Shown one piece after another: positions 16,562 through 20,000 of a DNA stretch of 20,000 nucleotides. The stretch is from an uncultured virus (IMG/VR IMGVR_UViG_3300042731_005566) (Duplodnaviria; Heunggongvirae; Uroviricota; Caudoviricetes), in IMG/VR virus record IMGVR_UViG_3300042731_005566; one strand, written 5' to 3'. Positions within the stretch are counted from its first letter, which is position 1, and the number at the start of each line of letters is the position of its first letter. The notes below the pieces were generated by a model. The model was not told where the DNA came from. It searched no databases and saw only the letters and a list, made by a program, of their open reading frames with translations. Made by a program: the position numbers and the translations under genes.

Positions 16562-16888
16562 CTAGTGGCCAGCCCAGGCGCAGCTGTTGCGCACGCCTTT
16601 TTGCTCGGCCTTCTTCGCGATACGCGCGTACTTGGCCGCGTCCTTCTTGCGGCCCGCGTTCTTGGACCGCGTCACCATCTGAGCCGCTCGGCCCTTGGCT
16701 GCGAGGAGCCCCTGACAGTCCACCACGCACGGCCCACTCTTGGCGATGATAGGGAAGCTGAGGTTCTTCGGATCGAGGAACGCTTTGCGGCCGCATCGAT
16801 CGAAGAGCTGCCGGCGCTGCTTCATCGTCTTCGGTGACACTTTGTGCCAGCCGCGGGTAATCGTGAATTCTTGCTTTTTTGCCATCAT
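16562..16888 (-). CDS. Small basic Cys-containing protein
   Basis: GW...CGRKAFLDP...FPI...C...CQGLLAA..RA.Q pattern; GAGG RBS. Confidence 0.7.
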   Translation of the reverse strand: MMAKKQEFTITRGWHKVSPKTMKQRRQLFDRCGRKAFLDPKNLSFPIIAKSGPCVVDCQGLLAAKGRAAQMVTRSKNAGRKKDAAKYARIAKKAEQKGVRNSCAWAGH

Positions 16889-16945
16889 AGCCTCGTAGAA
16901 ATCGCGTCTGCGATCTTCACTCTACTACGATTCTAGCTGGCCGCA

Positions 16946-17338
16946 CTAGGCCTCGATGATTGGCTCGAACTTGCCCGAATAGTCAACGGCGCGTACCCAA
17001 CCACACTTGCTCGGCATCCACCCGTGCCCAAACGACAGCTTGCGTGGGTCGAGCCCCAGCTCTTCGCCGATAGCTGTGAGCAACTCGCGCTCTTCGTCCC
17101 AATCGTTCTCGATGACTTGGTGGTAGTACCAGTCAATGTAGACGTCGATCGAAAGCATTGGCCGGATGTTCCGTCCGGGCCACCAACTTGCCGGCACTTG
17201 GCGTTCTTGCCACTCGCCTGACCACTTGTCTTTCTCACGCCTCCAAAAGATGACGTCTACATCCAGGTCGGCCACGTAGGGCCCAACGCCGGTTTCATAG
17301 ATGCCCGGCCGGATCTTGGCTAACGGTTGTCGTGGCAT
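16946..17338 (-). CDS. Hypothetical Trp-rich protein
   Basis: TAGACT 5 nt before the ATG. Confidence 0.65.
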   Translation of the reverse strand: MPRQPLAKIRPGIYETGVGPYVADLDVDVIFWRREKDKWSGEWQERQVPASWWPGRNIRPMLSIDVYIDWYYHQVIENDWDEERELLTAIGEELGLDPRKLSFGHGWMPSKCGWVRAVDYSGKFEPIIEA

Positions 17339-17440
17339 GGTTTAGTCTAACTCGAAACCGCTGCCAATCGCGTCTCTGATCGAATTTCTTGCTGTCCCCC
17401 GGTCTCTCTGTCAGGGGCCGCCGGGCAACGAATCGTCGGC

Positions 17441-17671
17441 CTATAGATCGGCCGGCTTCTTCTTTGGCCAGGCATCCATCTTCGTCGCCTGTTCACGAGC
17501 GCGACGGGACAGCTCTGGGTCACCGCCGCGTTCGTCGTTGAGTTTCGCCCAGTGCCGTACAGCATCACCGGACACAGCGTCCTGGCCTCGAATCAGGAAC
17601 ACAGGTTCGTTCTCCGGGATCGCGTTCGTCGGATCTTGAATTCGGTTGTAGTCATCTCGTGCATGCTTCAT
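17441..17671 (-). CDS. Phage-type hypothetical protein (IPxxEPVFLIRGQD)
   Basis: GAGGA RBS; motif common in small phage proteins. Confidence 0.75.
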   Translation of the reverse strand: MKHARDDYNRIQDPTNAIPENEPVFLIRGQDAVSGDAVRHWAKLNDERGGDPELSRRAREQATKMDAWPKKKPADL

Positions 17672-17723
17672 TTTTCTGTTCCTCTCGACGTTTTCGCGAC
17701 ACCATCGCTACGTTAACCGTGGG

Positions 17724-18461
17724 TTAGGCAACAACCTGAATGCGAAATGGACGATTGCTGGTTGGGTCAATGGCTGCGTCGTGCGGCAGCTCCTTCTCCC
17801 AGCGCTTCATGTCCTTGTTCCACCGAAAGCCGGCCTTCTTAGCTAGCTCGCGGTCGTCGTAGGAAACGAGCGCCTGGAAAACAGCTCGCGGCTTCATGGC
17901 CTCGACGATCTGCTCATCAAGGTCCTCGACGTGTGTAAGCAGCTCGCAGGTCAGGAGTACATCTGAGAGCGCGCGGTGAAGCTGGTTGCTGATCGGGATA
18001 CCGTGATCAACTGCCAGGTAACGCAGCGCCTTCGATTTCTGCTGATGGGGATAGGTGAGGTCCATCGTGCAGAACCATGGAATGGGCGTGCGGTCCTGAC
18101 TGCGTAGCAGTGGAGGATCTTCTGCAAGTGCGTCGATGAACGCCTGGTCGAACTTTCGGTTGTGTGCTGTGCAGACGTCCACCGCACCCGAATCGCAGAG
18201 TTGCAGAATCGGGGCGAGTGGTCCATCCACGTCACAGAACACAGGCCGCCACGCGTACAGGTTGACAGCCGCAGCCAAGATGTCCGAGGTGATGTTGTTG
18301 ATCTTCACTATGGGGTTCTCGACCTGGATCGGCATGATGGTCGAGTAGGCCCAAATCATAGCTTTGACTTCGGAGTCAAAGACAGCCGCAGCCACTTCGA
18401 GGAGCGCGTCACGGCCAGCTTTGAGGCCTGTGGTTTCGACATCTAGTACCAGAATACGCAT
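17724..18461 (-). CDS. DEDDh 3'-5' exonuclease (DnaQ/epsilon-like) with C-terminal DUF5710-like motif
   Basis: ExoI LDVETTG, ExoII AHNRKFD, ExoIII HRALSD; tail VSYDDRELAKKAGFRWNKDMKRW. Confidence 0.9.
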   Translation of the reverse strand: MRILVLDVETTGLKAGRDALLEVAAAVFDSEVKAMIWAYSTIMPIQVENPIVKINNITSDILAAAVNLYAWRPVFCDVDGPLAPILQLCDSGAVDVCTAHNRKFDQAFIDALAEDPPLLRSQDRTPIPWFCTMDLTYPHQQKSKALRYLAVDHGIPISNQLHRALSDVLLTCELLTHVEDLDEQIVEAMKPRAVFQALVSYDDRELAKKAGFRWNKDMKRWEKELPHDAAIDPTSNRPFRIQVVA

Positions 18462-18467
18462 ACCCTG

Positions 18468-18489
18468 TTTCTACCAGCTCGGTGTGACA
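18468..18489 (-). promoter_or_regulatory. TGTCACACC-class promoter
   Basis: - strand TGTCACACC-GAGC-TGG-TAGAAA, 6 nt before the exonuclease ATG. Confidence 0.55.
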
Positions 18490-18524
18490 TCATCTGTGTT
18501 GAGCTGTCTGAGCCTGCAAAACGC

Positions 18525-18553
18525 TTGACAAACTAAACAGTCATCCGCACGAT
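18525..18553 (+). promoter_or_regulatory. Sigma70-type promoter for the PTH2 locus
   Basis: TTGACA (18525-18530), 17-nt spacer, CACGAT (18548-18553); ATG 7 nt downstream. Confidence 0.55.
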
Positions 18554-18560
18554 GAAGATC

Positions 18561-18906
18561 ATGCAGCCACGACCACAGCGTTAGTCTCACCCACTACGTC
18601 GTAGTCCGACGTGACTTACCGCTCGGCGACCTCGCAGCCCAGCTCGCGCACGCTGCTGGAGAGTCGCTGAAACTCCCCCGACCGTACGGTACCGAGCCGG
18701 TCGTCTACGCTGTCATTCTAGCAGCCGAGGACGAAGCCCAGCTCGAATGGGCTGCGTATCGGCTCGACCAAGCTGCCATCCCCCACGTTGTCATCCGAGA
18801 ACCTGACCCGCCGTATTGCGGCGCAGCCACGGCCATCGGTGTGTTGCCAGTCGAGAACCGTCGTGGGGTGCGGCGGGCGCTCAGCCGGTTGGAGCTGTTG
18901 CGATGA
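18561..18906 (+). CDS. PTH2-family peptidyl-tRNA hydrolase split over two frames (7-codon leader plus +1 body); not in the ORF track
   Basis: Body THYVVVRRDLPLGDLAAQLAHAAGES...VILAAEDEAQL...IPHVVIREPDPPYCGAATAIGVLP...LSRLELLR matches PTH2 hallmarks (VVRxDL, G..AAQ.AHA, D...T.IG..P, L.LL). The frame is closed upstream by TGA 18553 and has no ATG/GTG/TTG before the core. Confidence 0.8.
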
Positions 18907-18908
18907 CG

Positions 18909-19391
18909 CTACCAATCCTCTGGAGCCAGCTCGTAGTGGCACACTGCATGTTGAGCATCGAGCACAAGCGCTGTGTCTTCATCCCAGAAAAGCACGAGCT
19001 GGACCCCACGCGCGGTCAACCATTGTTGGAAGGACTGCGAGTCGTATATCGAATTTCCTCGGATCTGGTGTGGCGCGATCTCTTCTTCGAGTATCTCGAA
19101 CACTTCGGAGGGGGCACGTCGCTCCCGCCTAAACTGTCGGAAAATACCATCAAGCTCAGGATCGAGTACGTCCGAGCGGTAATCCTGCCAGAGCGCACGG
19201 ACAACGGACGCGACCTCCGTCCGATCCGACGTATCAAAAACCATCAACCCTGGGCACAGTGTGATCTCGTAGACGTCTCCGTACCCCTCTGCGAAGTCAA
19301 AGTCGTTCGTCAAGAACAACGAGCCGTAGCGCGCGATGGCTCCCAGCAACGAACCACGCCGCCCGTGGAGCCATTTCTGAGGATACGACAT
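18909..19391 (-). CDS. Putative ADP-ribosyltransferase-fold protein (start revised to ATG 19391)
   Basis: WLHGRR ... GSLFLTNDFDFAEGYGDVYEITL ... VFDT ... GVQLVLF; same motif order as 13360..13722. Confidence 0.55.
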   Translation of the reverse strand: MSYPQKWLHGRRGSLLGAIARYGSLFLTNDFDFAEGYGDVYEITLCPGLMVFDTSDRTEVASVVRALWQDYRSDVLDPELDGIFRQFRRERRAPSEVFEILEEEIAPHQIRGNSIYDSQSFQQWLTARGVQLVLFWDEDTALVLDAQHAVCHYELAPEDW

Positions 19392-19401
19392 CGCCCCAAC
19401 G

Positions 19402-19629
19402 CTAGATACGCAGGTCAAAAAGTTTGGGTGCACGGTCGCAGCTGTACGCCTCGACGACGACGTTTGCAGCTTGCCCGCCCTCTTTACGCTGCAACGACGC
19501 AGCGAGTCTCTGTGCGGCCGCTTTGCCCATGGTGCCACGGACGAAACCGCGAGGCTTCGGTTTGGCGCCTGGGCGGTCGCCTGCGTAGTAGGAGACGACG
19601 AACCAACAGCTGGGTTTCCGCTTTGCCAT
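19402..19629 (-). CDS. Small basic hypothetical protein
   Basis: TGG-TAGATT 6 nt before the ATG. Confidence 0.65.
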   Translation of the reverse strand: MAKRKPSCWFVVSYYAGDRPGAKPKPRGFVRGTMGKAAAQRLAASLQRKEGGQAANVVVEAYSCDRAPKLFDLRI

Positions 19630-19675
19630 GTACTCAATCTACCAAAAGAAGCCAATGACTGAAAGGACGTAAGCA

Positions 19676-20000
19676 ATGATGCAAGCAACAGCAGAGATTA
19701 CCGAAGATGTATGGGCCCAACGACGTGCAGTGCGAGACCGCCTGAAAGCTGCGGTCAAACAGGCCAGCGGACGCAAAGCAACAGTCCTCTGCATGATGAT
19801 TTCGCACATGCGGGGAAAGCTCCACTGCCAGAGCTATCAGAAGTACCACGGCGGCTGGCGATCCGTAGCGCAGCAACATGTCGAGGCCATGCGCGCACGC
19901 AACCGGTTCGAGGACGCTGACTTTCTCACATACCAGAAGCGGCTCGGGCCCGGCCAGGAACGCAAGTGGACCGAGTATCTCTTCGCCAGCTCGGTCATCG
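19676..20000 (+). CDS. Hypothetical protein, partial (runs off the window)
   Basis: AAAGGA RBS; MMQATAEITEDVWAQRRAVRDRLKAAVKQASGRKATVLCMMISHMRGKLHCQSYQKYHGGW... stays open to 20000. Confidence 0.6.
   Translation, partial: MMQATAEITEDVWAQRRAVRDRLKAAVKQASGRKATVLCMMISHMRGKLHCQSYQKYHGGWRSVAQQHVEAMRARNRFEDADFLTYQKRLGPGQERKWTEYLFASSVI

Noticed and set aside
18718..19658. Track ORFs 18718-18942, 18788-19132 and 18816-19658
   Set aside because: They overlap the better-supported PTH2 frame and the - strand ART-like gene.

Overview
GC-rich, densely packed window that looks like an accessory or early region of a large bacteriophage or phage-like element. It has many short ORFs with overlapping start/stop codons, and no housekeeping operons or recognisable capsid genes. 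From left to right: (1) a 36-bp CRISPR-type repeat array (CCCGGAATGCTAGCTCGATGGCTACTCAATCGAGAC, 33-1254) that is regular for four repeats, then decays and contains two protein-coding inserts, with no cas gene in the window; (2) a + strand run of HTH and small zinc-finger genes (1.7-6.3 kb); (3) a class II B12-dependent ribonucleotide reductase (nrdJ); (4) many small basic or membrane-anchored ORFs, two ADP-ribosyltransferase-fold ORFs and a GNAT acetyltransferase; (5) a DEDDh exonuclease; (6) a PTH2-family peptidyl-tRNA hydrolase missed by the ORF track. The PTH2 frame has no start codon and appears reachable only by a +1 shift at the stop of a 7-codon leader (CGT TAG T). Two recurring intergenic motifs were found by eye, TGTCACACC-N4-TGnTAnnn and the palindrome ATCGC-N4-GCGAT, together with widespread leaderless-type extended -10 promoters. 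All family calls come from motif recognition; no database search was run.
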